A stretch of 64,000 nucleotides of DNA from Candidatus Haiyanarchaeum thermophilum (GCA_025920425.1 JAPDLS010000001.1:1754-65753), one strand, 5' to 3'; counted from the first letter of the stretch, positions 38,021 through 47,789 are shown. Translations and numbers: made by a program. The notes: a model not told the origin generated them from the letters alone.

Positions 38021-38842
38021 TTGAAGATGGAAGGGAAATATCCCAGGAAGCAATTGTTGGAGGAAATTGCTAGAAGAGCTGAAATAGATCCAGGTAAGTT
38101 CAAAGAGGTCCAATTTAAAGGACAGAGCATTTATGTATATCCTACTCCATTGAGGCTAGATGAGCCTCACCCATTGGCTACAGATGAAAAAGCTTATGTA
38201 AAAGGCTTAAACTTCCCTGAACAACTCATTCTCCTTGAGAAACTCAATCCACTGCACGGCTTAAAACTTAAATTACCTTCACTGGAAGAGCATCTCACGT
38301 GCTCGATTACCTTTCCAGAGTATAGGGAGAATGTATTAAGTGATCTAGAGGCTTTTACGAATGAACTTGTCTATCGTCAGTTCCCAGAGATAAAGGAGAA
38401 AGACTCAATAAAGACGGAGGAGAAGTTTGATTTGTTTAGGGCTTCCAAATTTCGAAGTATTAGTTTGGGGATGCTTAAGGGAAAAGGCATAACTTATGAA
38501 ACTACCCCTGGATCTCCTAAAGCTCCAGGTTTCATAGCTCTCTGCGATGAAAATGACCTTTTCCTCTATATTGGAGATTGGATAGAGAAGGACGTGAAAA
38601 TAAGCAAGAGGCCAGGCTTCTTTTCCAGCTTTTCCATAATTCCAAGAGAGGATGAGGTGAAAAGGGAAGGAAGAAGGGGAGATATTGGATATTGGGGAGG
38701 TGCAGAATTCGAGAATGATGTTTCAGTTATTAGCTGCAGACATCCCTCTAAGAGCCCAATTATATGCTGGGGAGAATCCCCTCTAACTAGAAAACCCCGT
38801 AAGGTGGTCCCACTCCTCACAGAAGAAAATCCTAGGAGATAA
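38021..38842 (+). CDS. Hypothetical protein
   Basis: 273-aa ORF with TATA-like upstream sequence; no motif recognised. Confidence 0.6.
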   Translation: MKMEGKYPRKQLLEEIARRAEIDPGKFKEVQFKGQSIYVYPTPLRLDEPHPLATDEKAYVKGLNFPEQLILLEKLNPLHGLKLKLPSLEEHLTCSITFPEYRENVLSDLEAFTNELVYRQFPEIKEKDSIKTEEKFDLFRASKFRSISLGMLKGKGITYETTPGSPKAPGFIALCDENDLFLYIGDWIEKDVKISKRPGFFSSFSIIPREDEVKREGRRGDIGYWGGAEFENDVSVISCRHPSKSPIICWGESPLTRKPRKVVPLLTEENPRR

Positions 38843-40292
38843 GCTCCGCATTCCTTACACATCCAGGGTCTGGAGCTAGATAATTACCAAAATAGGCTAG
38901 AGCTCTAGCTCTGCAGCCTCCACAGATCAATTTATCCTCACAGGCTCCACATCCCACTTTTCTATTCTCCTTCCTAAAATACCACAATTTTTTCCTGTCC
39001 CTCAACTCTTCCAATATTTGATCCTTCTTCCACACTTCTAGCAGATCATCCTCTAAAATATTACCAAGCTTGACTTCTCTTGGAAAAAAAGTGCAGGGAA
39101 GTAGGTCTCCATTTGGTTCCATGGCCAAATAGAGTCTCCCAGCCCCACAACCTCCTATGAAGTTAGCAGTAGATTCTATGCTTCTGAGTTTTTCAATAGG
39201 AAGATTGATCCCTCCATAATGAGTGGATACTAAGTAATCAATTCCTTGAAGTTGAGCGACTTCTTTAGTTTTCCTCCCAAACTGAGGAGCAGTAGAAAGA
39301 ATCAGATCTCCCCTTCCTAGCTTCACATAATTTTCCAAGTTTCTGCGAGCTAGCTCTTCCAACAGATCTTCCCTCTCCTTTGGAGAGATGTCTAATTCCT
39401 TCCTCCCTCTTCCCACAGGAATGTAATTGAAGTGGATGAACCTAGCTCCCAGATCATTAGCCATCTGAGCTACCTTCAGAATATCTTCTAAGTTTCCCCT
39501 CCAAGCCGTAGTCGCAATGCATACATCAATCCCTTCATTCAAGCAATGCTTCACACCATTCAGAGCCCGCTCAAAGGCTCCAGGAATCCCCCGGAATGTA
39601 TCGTGTTTTTCCGATAGTCCATCTATGCTTATCTCCACATAATCCGCAACCTCCCTCAATTTGCGAGCCATTTTCTCATCTATGAGTGTACCGTTTGAAG
39701 CCACACTTACATAAAGTCCAGCCTTTTTAGCTCTTTTAGCTAGCTCGAAGAAATCCTTTCTCACCAGAGGTTCTCCTCCAGAGAAGGCAATGGCTGAGAC
39801 GTTAGCATCTATTAACTTCTCTAGAGCCTCTCTAGCCTCACTCTCTCCCATTTCAACTCTCTCCTTGCCAGCATCTTCGTAACAATGCTTACAGCGCAAG
39901 TTACATTTGTAGGTCAAATTCCACACTACGAGGAGAGGAGAAGCTGGAGTGAATGGTTCACGAATCCCAAACTCCTTTACTCCTCTCGCTATGGAGGCTA
40001 TACCCTTAAGCCAAGATTCTCCATATCTTCCTTTTAACATGGAGGAGATCCAATCCCTATCCACTTTTAACATTCTTTCAGCCAGAGCCAAAGTGGGAGT
40101 AGCCAAGAATTTATATGAAAGTTCACAGCCAGTACAGAGCTCAAGCTCAGGGTTCATATATCTCCTTCTCAGGAAATTTTCAAGTGTAGCCCCATCCTTC
40201 CTGCAAGGTTTATCTATGGAGTTAATCACTATCCTTCCGAGATAGCTTCCTATCTTTTCACCACACTCCATCCCAGCTCTCCCAAGATTCAT
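38832..40292 (-). CDS. Radical SAM protein with SPASM domain
   Basis: CNLRCKHC, FSGGEPL, GCGAG...PNGDLLPC, CGAC...CGGCRARA. Confidence 0.92.
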   Translation of the reverse strand: MNLGRAGMECGEKIGSYLGRIVINSIDKPCRKDGATLENFLRRRYMNPELELCTGCELSYKFLATPTLALAERMLKVDRDWISSMLKGRYGESWLKGIASIARGVKEFGIREPFTPASPLLVVWNLTYKCNLRCKHCYEDAGKERVEMGESEAREALEKLIDANVSAIAFSGGEPLVRKDFFELAKRAKKAGLYVSVASNGTLIDEKMARKLREVADYVEISIDGLSEKHDTFRGIPGAFERALNGVKHCLNEGIDVCIATTAWRGNLEDILKVAQMANDLGARFIHFNYIPVGRGRKELDISPKEREDLLEELARRNLENYVKLGRGDLILSTAPQFGRKTKEVAQLQGIDYLVSTHYGGINLPIEKLRSIESTANFIGGCGAGRLYLAMEPNGDLLPCTFFPREVKLGNILEDDLLEVWKKDQILEELRDRKKLWYFRKENRKVGCGACEDKLICGGCRARALAYFGNYLAPDPGCVRNAELIS

Positions 40293-40534
40293 ATTCTCTC
40301 CACTTTTTCTCCTTTGATTATATAAGCTCCATAAAGATTCTTACGCCTATGGTGTCTAGTAAAACTTACTCCTACTTTGAGATTCTTTTTTACCTCATAA
40401 ACCCAGAGTGGCTTGCAAATTGGGAACTCATAATATATTATCTTCGGCTCTCGCTGGAGAAGCTCCTCCAATCTGAGATTTAACTTAGAACAGACCGCTT
40501 CTAGAGCTTCCCTCTCATTCTGAAATTCTCTCAT
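40289..40534 (-). CDS. Hypothetical protein (81 aa)
   Basis: ATGA-coupled to the radical SAM gene. Confidence 0.55.
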   Translation of the reverse strand: MREFQNEREALEAVCSKLNLRLEELLQREPKIIYYEFPICKPLWVYEVKKNLKVGVSFTRHHRRKNLYGAYIIKGEKVERI

Positions 40535-40605
40535 AAGTTGAGCGAGAAGTTCCGAATTTAAAAACTTAAGCCCGAAGTTAGTTTTTTAAGAAGCTAACAA
40601 CCATA

Positions 40606-41541
40606 TTAAGGAATAAGGGCCGGTGGTCTAGGGGTATGACGCCTCCCTTGCAAGGAGGAGGCCGTGGGTTCGAGTCCCACCCGGTCCATTTTCCTTATCT
40701 TTCTCTCATAGTAGAACATGTAGAGATGAGCTATGCCTGCATGTTCTCCGAAATATGTGAGCGCAAATTTTCTGAGCTTTAGTGGGGATTTCTCCTTTCC
40801 ATTGAAATACTCTCTTATCAGAGCACGTCTAAGCCAAATATCCATAGGAAATGTTTCTGGCCTTCCAAAAGTGTAGAGCAGAATGATATCTGCCACTTTA
40901 GGACCTATTCCACTGAACTTGAGCAGGAACTCCCTAGCCTCCTCAGTACGCATTTCTCCTATCCTTTCAGGGTCCAATTCCCCATTTAATATGGCTTTAC
41001 TTATTTCCTTCACATATTTAGCCCTATATCCAAGTCCACACTTCTTCTGCAAGGCGGAAATAGGGGCTTTCACGATTTTCTCTAGATTAAAAGTATATCC
41101 ATCCCCAAAATTCCTCCTTAGACAGGATTCCATCCTTCTTACTCGCTTCACAGATGTATTCTGGGTACAGAGTGCCTCGATAATTCCCCATTTCCAATCG
41201 AGATTCCTCATCACCCTTAAACCCTTAGCGGCTGCGATGATTCTTCGAATGTAAGGATCTTTAGTGAATTCAGAGTAAAAACTCTCAAGATCATATTCTG
41301 CCCAGAAAAGATACAGAATTTCATCCACTACATCAGTGTCAGCTTCAATGAATAGATTATCCTCATCTTCCCAAAGGGCGACATGAATTATTTTTCCCCC
41401 TCTCTTCACGAAACTACAGTATTTATTTCCATGTGGGCTCCATAGGTCTACAGGACACTGCTCACTTTCCATACAAGCTCTTAAGCTAAATGGTCCATTG
41501 AATTCAGCTTTGGAAACTCTGAGTAGCATTCCTCTACACAA
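40606..41541 (-). CDS. HhH-GPD DNA glycosylase (Ogg1/AlkA-like)
   Basis: TQNTS, GLGYRAKY, FSGIGPKVADIILL, FPMDIW. The C-terminal ~27 codons are antisense to tRNA-Ala. Confidence 0.88.
   Translation of the reverse strand: MCRGMLLRVSKAEFNGPFSLRACMESEQCPVDLWSPHGNKYCSFVKRGGKIIHVALWEDEDNLFIEADTDVVDEILYLFWAEYDLESFYSEFTKDPYIRRIIAAAKGLRVMRNLDWKWGIIEALCTQNTSVKRVRRMESCLRRNFGDGYTFNLEKIVKAPISALQKKCGLGYRAKYVKEISKAILNGELDPERIGEMRTEEAREFLLKFSGIGPKVADIILLYTFGRPETFPMDIWLRRALIREYFNGKEKSPLKLRKFALTYFGEHAGIAHLYMFYYERKIRKMDRVGLEPTASSLQGRRHTPRPPALIP
40617..40688 (+). tRNA. tRNA-Ala(UGC)
   Basis: GGGCCGG/CCGGTCC acceptor with G3:U70, CCTCC-CT-TGC-AA-GGAGG, TTCGAGT T-loop. Confidence 0.95.
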
Positions 41542-41573
41542 AAGTTATAAATTTTTAGAGTTTCTCTCCACTC

Positions 41574-42014
41574 ATGCATATAGAAGTAGACCTCACTAAG
41601 TGTGTGGATTGCAAAAATTGTATGCTCCTCTGCTCTTTCTTCAATGAGAAAGATTTTATTCCAAGCCTAGCTCGAATTAAGGTGTTAAGGAAAGGATACA
41701 ATACTTTTTCTTGGCATGTATGCCAACAACATGAAAAGGAACTTTGTAGACAAAGTTCTTGTATCAAATCCTGTCCTAAAGGGGCAATCATGAAAAGGGG
41801 AGGAAGGATAGTTATTGATTATGAGCTCTGCGATGGATGCGGTAAGTGTGTAGAGGTATGCAAATATGATGCTATTTTCATTCATCCCAAATTGAAAAAA
41901 CCAGTAGTATGCATACTCTGCCTGAATTGCGTGAAAAATTGTAAGAGAGGGGCTATAAAAATATTTGAGGGAAATGTGGAGGTAACTGAGAAGGTACTTG
42001 GTGGTAAAAGATGA
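41574..42014 (+). CDS. 4Fe-4S dicluster electron-transfer subunit
   Basis: CVDCKNCMLLC, CQQH...CIKSCP, CDGCGKCVEVC, CILCLNCVKNC; coupled to the AOR gene. Confidence 0.88.
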   Translation: MHIEVDLTKCVDCKNCMLLCSFFNEKDFIPSLARIKVLRKGYNTFSWHVCQQHEKELCRQSSCIKSCPKGAIMKRGGRIVIDYELCDGCGKCVEVCKYDAIFIHPKLKKPVVCILCLNCVKNCKRGAIKIFEGNVEVTEKVLGGKR

Positions 42015-43732
42015 GCTATGCTGGGAAGATCTTGAAGATCGATCTTGGAAATAAAGTAATAAAGCCAATACCATTGGATGAGAGGCTTTGCAAGCAATAC
42101 ATCGGTGGAGAGGGATTTGGAGTAAAGATTCTTTACGATATTTCCGAGCCAAATATTCACCCATTAAGTTCCAAAAATCCATTCATTTTGATGTGTGGTA
42201 CATTTGCAGGACTACCAATTCCAGCTTCTTTATATGGTGTCTTCGCCAAGTCCCCACAGACCCAATTTTTGGGAGAAGCCTTCGCCAAGGGAATGTTCGC
42301 TCCCGAGCTTAAGTATGCTGGGTATGATGGAATTGTAATTTTGAATAAGGCAAGAGATCCATGCTACATTTTCATAGAAGATGATGAAGTATCTATAAGG
42401 TCTGCGAGGGAGCTATGGGGTAAAGATACCCTCACTACTATTGAGACCTTGATGGAATTACATCCCAGAGCAGAAATTCTATGTATTGGGCCTGCAGGAG
42501 AAAACTGTGTGGGCTTTGCATCTATAGAAAATGATTTCGGGAGACACGCTGGAAGGACTGGGCTTGGGGCAGTACTTGGCTCTAAAAACGTGAAAGCGAT
42601 CGTAGTCAGGGGAAGCAAGGGAATAAAGGTTAATGATCCATCAGCTTTGTGGAAGGAGTTGGAGCATATCTGGGAAGAGGAATTCTCGGAAAAAACTGAA
42701 AAGTATAGGCTCTACGGAACTCCAGGAGGAGTAAAGGGAATAAATGAAATGAGGAGCCTTCCTGCACGAAATTGGCATAGCAGCTACGTGGAATTTGCTG
42801 AGAAGATCTCAGGTGAGGCTATGAGGTCCTTAGTAAAAAAAGAGCTGGCATGCCTCGGATGCTTTGTAGCCTGTAGAAAATTGTTGAAGGTAAATGGCGA
42901 CTTCGTTGAAGGGCCTGAGTATGAGACCATATATTCATTTGGAACAAACTGCCTAATAGATGACTTGGAGGAGATAGCTAGACTGCATCTCCGCTGTGAT
43001 CTCCTAGGCTTAGATGCGATCTCTGCTGGAGCAATTACTGCATTTGCGATAGACCTCTTTGAGAGGGGAAGGCTCAGTGAGCAGCAATTAGGATTCAATT
43101 TGAGTTACGGGGATGTAGAAGCTATAGAAGAATTCCTTGAGTTGATAGCATACCGTAAGGGAGTGGGAGAAATCTTCGCGAGAGGGATCAAATATGCTGC
43201 AGAGAAGTTTGGAGCAGAGCAGCTTGCGGTGCATGTAAAGGGACTTGAACCAGCTGGCTATGAAGCTAGGCATATGAAGGCTATGGGATTAGGGTATGCT
43301 ATTTCTAGAAGAGGGGCATGTCATCTTCGCTCTGGAGGCTATGAAATAGATGCAAAGTTCCCAAATCTGAAGACCCAAGAGAGAATAAAAGCTCTGATCC
43401 TCAAAGAGAATCAGTATGTACTCTATGATTCGTTTGGGGTCTGCAAGTTCATGCGGGGTTTTATAGATGAGCATTATCTCGCTCAGTTGAGCAGAGTCAT
43501 TCTAGGATGGAATACAACACCTGAGAAATTGCTTGAATTAGCTTCAAATATAATCACACTTGCCAGAAAGTATAATGTGAGAGAAGGACTCACAATGCAG
43601 GATGATATGCTCCCTGAGAGGCTATTCAAGGAGAAAGTAAATGGAAAAAGATTAAGCAAAGCAGCATTTATTAAAGAACTCAAATTGTACTATAGAATGA
43701 GAGGCTGGAGCCCGGAGGGGGTTCCGAGGTAA
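42011..43732 (+). CDS. aor: Aldehyde:ferredoxin oxidoreductase family (W/Mo-pterin)
   Basis: KSPQT, ELKYAGYDG, IGPAGEN, GRTGLGAVLGSKNVKA, CLGCFVAC, GPEYET, LGLDAIS, RGACH. Confidence 0.92.
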   Translation: MSYAGKILKIDLGNKVIKPIPLDERLCKQYIGGEGFGVKILYDISEPNIHPLSSKNPFILMCGTFAGLPIPASLYGVFAKSPQTQFLGEAFAKGMFAPELKYAGYDGIVILNKARDPCYIFIEDDEVSIRSARELWGKDTLTTIETLMELHPRAEILCIGPAGENCVGFASIENDFGRHAGRTGLGAVLGSKNVKAIVVRGSKGIKVNDPSALWKELEHIWEEEFSEKTEKYRLYGTPGGVKGINEMRSLPARNWHSSYVEFAEKISGEAMRSLVKKELACLGCFVACRKLLKVNGDFVEGPEYETIYSFGTNCLIDDLEEIARLHLRCDLLGLDAISAGAITAFAIDLFERGRLSEQQLGFNLSYGDVEAIEEFLELIAYRKGVGEIFARGIKYAAEKFGAEQLAVHVKGLEPAGYEARHMKAMGLGYAISRRGACHLRSGGYEIDAKFPNLKTQERIKALILKENQYVLYDSFGVCKFMRGFIDEHYLAQLSRVILGWNTTPEKLLELASNIITLARKYNVREGLTMQDDMLPERLFKEKVNGKRLSKAAFIKELKLYYRMRGWSPEGVPR

Positions 43733-44869
43733 ATGGTAAACTGGGAGGAGCTTGAGGAGATCCACGATACTTTGAACACAAAGAAGTACTTATTAGCCCA
43801 AGGGGAGGACTTAGAGCTTACTCTTCAGAAGAATAGAGATACCGTAACTGATGTGGCAAGGACTCTGAACTTCGTAGAAAAGATCGTAATATGTGGAGCC
43901 GGAGATAAGTATGCCATCCCCCTCATAGCCCAATATCTCTGGAGAAGTTTTTCTAGAAAGCCAATGATCGTTATACACTCCAAAATATTAGCTGAGTATC
44001 CAAATTTCTTAGATGATAGGACATGTGTATTTTTGCTTTCCCAATCAGGGAGAACTAAGGATACTCTCTTGGCGATGAAGATGGCAATGGATAGAGGGGC
44101 TGTATGCATAGGCATTACGAATATGAGAGAAGTGGAACGTGGTACTCTTTTCGATGTTTCCACATATCCAAATGGAATCTTGGTAAGAACTTATACTAAA
44201 TATTATCCGGAGAAGCCATTACCAGCAACAGGAACTTTTCACACCACCCTCTTCATTCTCAACCTTATTTTACTTTCGGCTATTCAGGAAGAGGGATTTT
44301 ACGATGTGAGTAGCTATATCAAATTTCAGACAGAACAATTACCTAAGCTTACCCATAGGCTTTCCACTTCGGTAGAGCTCATAGACTGGAGTAGGGAAAT
44401 GGCTCTCAAACTTTCGAACTTCAAACAAGAAAGTTTCTACATCCTTGGGGATGGGCCTAGGTATGGAATTGCTAGAAAAGCCATGATAAATTTCATGGAA
44501 GGTTCAAAGCAAGACTGTATGGCCTTAGAGACTGAGGAATTCCATCACAATCTCATAGCTACTCTGGATAGAGTGAATTTGACAAAGAAGTTCCTTATTC
44601 TCATAAAACCAAAAGAGGGATTTGTGTCTGAGCACATGAGTAAGCTTCTTATGGAGATTTATACTTATTGGATGAAGTTTGGAGAGGAGGAGAAATATCT
44701 CGAGATCGATCCATTCAAATTTGTAGACGTAGTAGTTGAATCCACACTAGGCAATTTATTGACTCCTCCTCTCTATGCTATTCCTATCCAATGGATAACT
44801 TATTACCTAGCTCTACTCAAAGGGACCGATCCAGGGTTCAGCGAAGTGGTTGGAAAAGTAAGAGGCTAG
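43733..44869 (+). CDS. Double-SIS sugar-phosphate isomerase/deaminase (GlmS C-terminal-like, no glutaminase domain)
   Basis: LSQSGRTKDT, IGITN, second SIS with EEFHH, YYLALLKGTDP. Confidence 0.75.
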   Translation: MVNWEELEEIHDTLNTKKYLLAQGEDLELTLQKNRDTVTDVARTLNFVEKIVICGAGDKYAIPLIAQYLWRSFSRKPMIVIHSKILAEYPNFLDDRTCVFLLSQSGRTKDTLLAMKMAMDRGAVCIGITNMREVERGTLFDVSTYPNGILVRTYTKYYPEKPLPATGTFHTTLFILNLILLSAIQEEGFYDVSSYIKFQTEQLPKLTHRLSTSVELIDWSREMALKLSNFKQESFYILGDGPRYGIARKAMINFMEGSKQDCMALETEEFHHNLIATLDRVNLTKKFLILIKPKEGFVSEHMSKLLMEIYTYWMKFGEEEKYLEIDPFKFVDVVVESTLGNLLTPPLYAIPIQWITYYLALLKGTDPGFSEVVGKVRG

Positions 44870-45984
44870 AGGGAAATCCAGCGATCCTTAAGCTTTTCGA
44901 GGACCTGGGGTAAAGTAGTATATTCTAGTTCGCTTTCCTGTAGCCTAGCTGGTTCAAATTCTCCCATTACAGTCCTCAAATACGTAGCAATCTCTAGAGA
45001 TCTTCTCCTTGCCTCATCGAAGGCTTTGTCAGCGAAGAGATCTGCAGGCATTTTCCCATTTAATCCTAGGAGCTCACCATTGCAAAGCTGAAAGCCAAGA
45101 GCCACTATTCTGGGAGGCCCATCCCAGTAAGAGCATCTAGCATCTTCTAGGCTACACGGAAATACTGGGAAGTAATGGCTTCCCCTCATAGCTCCAGGAG
45201 CGATGTATGGAATGGCGAAAGGAGCCAATATTTCCCCCACAGCAGGAAATTGATGCTGAGCTCTGACTATGAGTACTGGATCATCCTTTCCCACATATTT
45301 TCCAGCAATTAGACTCAACCGAGTAGTTGAGGCTACAGCTGCAATGCTTCCATCAAAATTACTGAATACTCTTTCTATAGCATAGTGATGATGCGCACCT
45401 ATAAGAGCAACTAGTTCATGAAGTTCCTGAGGACATCTCAGATCGATATACTTTCCAGCTACTACATCCATTACCCTGAAGGTAAATCCATTACACAGTT
45501 GTGGTGAGATCACAAGTCCTGCCGTATTCATCGGATCTGCAAAGATTCGATACAACGGAAGATTCCAAGCTCCTCCTGGAGAAGTTTTATCAGCTGCAAA
45601 TACTATGAAGGGCTCACTTGGTCTCTCCTCGATTTCCATCTCAGCTACTCCTGGACCCATTCCCTTTACATTGCCCGAAAATGCCTCCTTCAACAGATCT
45701 TGACCAGAAGCATACAATTTGAGTTTTTTTGATACTTTCTCCGTCACTTGTTTGAATATTTCCCAAGCAAGCCCATGGATCTGAGAGGAGTTTTCTCCAT
45801 AATTATGGGTCATTAGAAGCTCAAGGTCATCACCACAATTGAAAACGAAGAAATCGATGAGTTTCCCAGACTCCTTAGCTTCTTTCAAGATTTCATTTGC
45901 CAGTTGGATTTGCTGAGGATGCACTACATGATGTCCACAGAAACTACCAATATCAGCCTTGATCAAGGAAATGGTTACCTTCAT
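44866..45984 (-). CDS. fbp: Bifunctional fructose-1,6-bisphosphate aldolase/phosphatase (class V)
   Basis: ISLIKADIG, GDDLELLMTH, GQDLL, GMGPGVAEM, ADKT, DPMNTAGL, YVGKDDP, MRGSH. Confidence 0.95.
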   Translation of the reverse strand: MKVTISLIKADIGSFCGHHVVHPQQIQLANEILKEAKESGKLIDFFVFNCGDDLELLMTHNYGENSSQIHGLAWEIFKQVTEKVSKKLKLYASGQDLLKEAFSGNVKGMGPGVAEMEIEERPSEPFIVFAADKTSPGGAWNLPLYRIFADPMNTAGLVISPQLCNGFTFRVMDVVAGKYIDLRCPQELHELVALIGAHHHYAIERVFSNFDGSIAAVASTTRLSLIAGKYVGKDDPVLIVRAQHQFPAVGEILAPFAIPYIAPGAMRGSHYFPVFPCSLEDARCSYWDGPPRIVALGFQLCNGELLGLNGKMPADLFADKAFDEARRRSLEIATYLRTVMGEFEPARLQESELEYTTLPQVLEKLKDRWISL

Positions 45985-46023
45985 ACACCATTCTCAAAGA
46001 TTTGCATATAAAAGCTTTTCCAA

Positions 46024-46314
46024 TTAGAAATCTATTTTGTTAATTATACTCATCAGTCTCTCTAGCGCTTCGGCTAACTCCTTGCCTTTACGAGTAAGCT
46101 TCACAAATTTCAATCTTCCTTTCCTCTCGAAGTTAACGATCTTCTTTTTCCTCAACTCAGCAAGCATTTTTACTGTGTGAGAGTAAGTACAATTAATTTC
46201 TTTAGCCAGAACGCTTGTATACATCATCTTTTGAGAACGAGCCAGCTGGATGAGGAGCATAACAGGCTTTTTTCTGATCAACAAATATGAAAGCCCCTTG
46301 TCCTTAACCCCCAT
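46024..46314 (-). CDS. Winged-helix (MarR-like) DNA-binding protein
   Basis: LAKEINCTYSHTVKML...RKGRLKFVKLTRKG. Confidence 0.8.
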   Translation of the reverse strand: MGVKDKGLSYLLIRKKPVMLLIQLARSQKMMYTSVLAKEINCTYSHTVKMLAELRKKKIVNFERKGRLKFVKLTRKGKELAEALERLMSIINKIDF

Positions 46315-46359
46315 AATTCAAACTCTATTACTTCCGATTTAAAAAATTTTTTGCCAAAT

Positions 46360-46575
46360 CTATCTTACCTTCACCAGCATTAGATCTTCCTTTCTCACGA
46401 TTTTCCTCTTAGCATGAGCTGCCACCATTGATGCTTCTTTCAAGATCTTTCTCGCGATTTTTTCTACTTCTTCACATAGTAAGTCGATAGCTTCATTGCT
46501 GAATCTAGTGATTCCTGCAGCCCTGTACGCTCTGAATATTACCTTCCTCATCCAGTTCCTAGAGAGCCTCGCCAC
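46360..46575 (-). CDS. Archaeal histone
   Basis: Histone-fold pattern RFSNEAIDLL.E.VE.IA..I.KEA...A.HAKRK.V..ED. Confidence 0.85.
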   Translation of the reverse strand: MARLSRNWMRKVIFRAYRAAGITRFSNEAIDLLCEEVEKIARKILKEASMVAAHAKRKIVRKEDLMLVKVR

Positions 46576-46647
46576 ATTTCACAATTATCTCCTCAAAAAG
46601 ATAAATCTTTCTAAACAATTAATAAGACTGGCTGACTTAGAACATCT

Positions 46648-47754
46648 ATGATTGAATGTAAGCTCTGTGCTGAGAGATTGGCAGCAAAAGAATTGAAAGT
46701 GTGTTCAGAGTGTATTAGGAACTGTTTTGATGAGGCCTTTAAATTCATAGAGGAGGCACAAACTAAGGCGAGAGGTGAGCTAGACCTCCCCACATTCCCT
46801 CCAAAAGGCAAAGGAATTAAATGCGGTATCTGTGGAAATGAATGCATAATAGGAGATGGGGAAGTTGGTTATTGTGGTCTCTCTCGCAATGAGGGAGGGA
46901 GGATAATTAGAGAAGTTGGAACCGAAGATGTTGGGCTAGTTTTTGGTTACAAAGATTATCATGTGACAAATTGTACAGCAAGCTTCGTATGTGCTGGGGG
47001 AACTGGGGCTGGATATCCTAAGTACGCTGTAAGAAATGGGCCAGAGATAGGATTTGCGAATGCTAGCCTCTTTTTAGGAAGCTGTTCTTATCACTGCCTA
47101 TACTGCCAAAATACAGATTGGCATCAGATGAGTATGAAGAAGGAACCAAGGATGAGCACTGAGGAACTAGTAGATTGGATCCTTCGAGACGATGAGTTTA
47201 CATGTGTATGCTGGTTTGGGGGTTCTCCTGAAACTCAAGCTCCATTTGTATATCAAGTATCAAGACTTTTGAGTGAAAGGAAGGGGAACAGGATACTTAG
47301 GATTTGTTTGGAGACCAATGGTAATTTTGCTTGGCATTGGCTCAAGAGAATAGCGGAGCTTTCCCTTGAAAGTGGAGGAGGAATTAAGTTCGATCTCAAA
47401 TGCGCTCCTGGATCAAAGTTGAATATTGCTCTCTCAGGAATAGATAACACAGTAGCCTACCGTAACTTTGAAAGGCTTGTAGAATTTCACAGGGAGAGGA
47501 AAGAGGTTCCATTTCTGAGAGCTAGTACCCTCTTAGTGCCACACTATATAGATTTAGAAGAAGTGAAGAGGATAATCCACTTCATTGCAGAATTGGATAA
47601 AAGTATTCCTTATAATTTACTTGCATTCTACCCATGTTACATGCTAGCTGATCTAGGATTTACTTCGAAAAAATTTGCTTTAGAGTGCCTACAGGCAGCT
47701 AAGGAAGCTGGATTGGAAAAAGTCACGGTAGGAAATGTACACTTACTTACGTAG
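46648..47754 (+). CDS. Radical SAM protein, PFL-activase-like family with N-terminal Cys clusters
   Basis: CSYHCLYCQN, FGGSPE, ETNG; N-terminal CKLC/CSEC and CGICGNEC..GYCG. Confidence 0.85.
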   Translation: MIECKLCAERLAAKELKVCSECIRNCFDEAFKFIEEAQTKARGELDLPTFPPKGKGIKCGICGNECIIGDGEVGYCGLSRNEGGRIIREVGTEDVGLVFGYKDYHVTNCTASFVCAGGTGAGYPKYAVRNGPEIGFANASLFLGSCSYHCLYCQNTDWHQMSMKKEPRMSTEELVDWILRDDEFTCVCWFGGSPETQAPFVYQVSRLLSERKGNRILRICLETNGNFAWHWLKRIAELSLESGGGIKFDLKCAPGSKLNIALSGIDNTVAYRNFERLVEFHRERKEVPFLRASTLLVPHYIDLEEVKRIIHFIAELDKSIPYNLLAFYPCYMLADLGFTSKKFALECLQAAKEAGLEKVTVGNVHLLT

Positions 47755-47789
47755 TGAAATTCTTTAAGCTCAATTACTTCTATTTACTT

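Noticed and set aside
40289-40534. 81-aa ORF as a RiPP precursor for the SPASM enzyme
   Set aside because: It looks like a small globular protein, with no leader/core pattern and no transporter or peptidase nearby.
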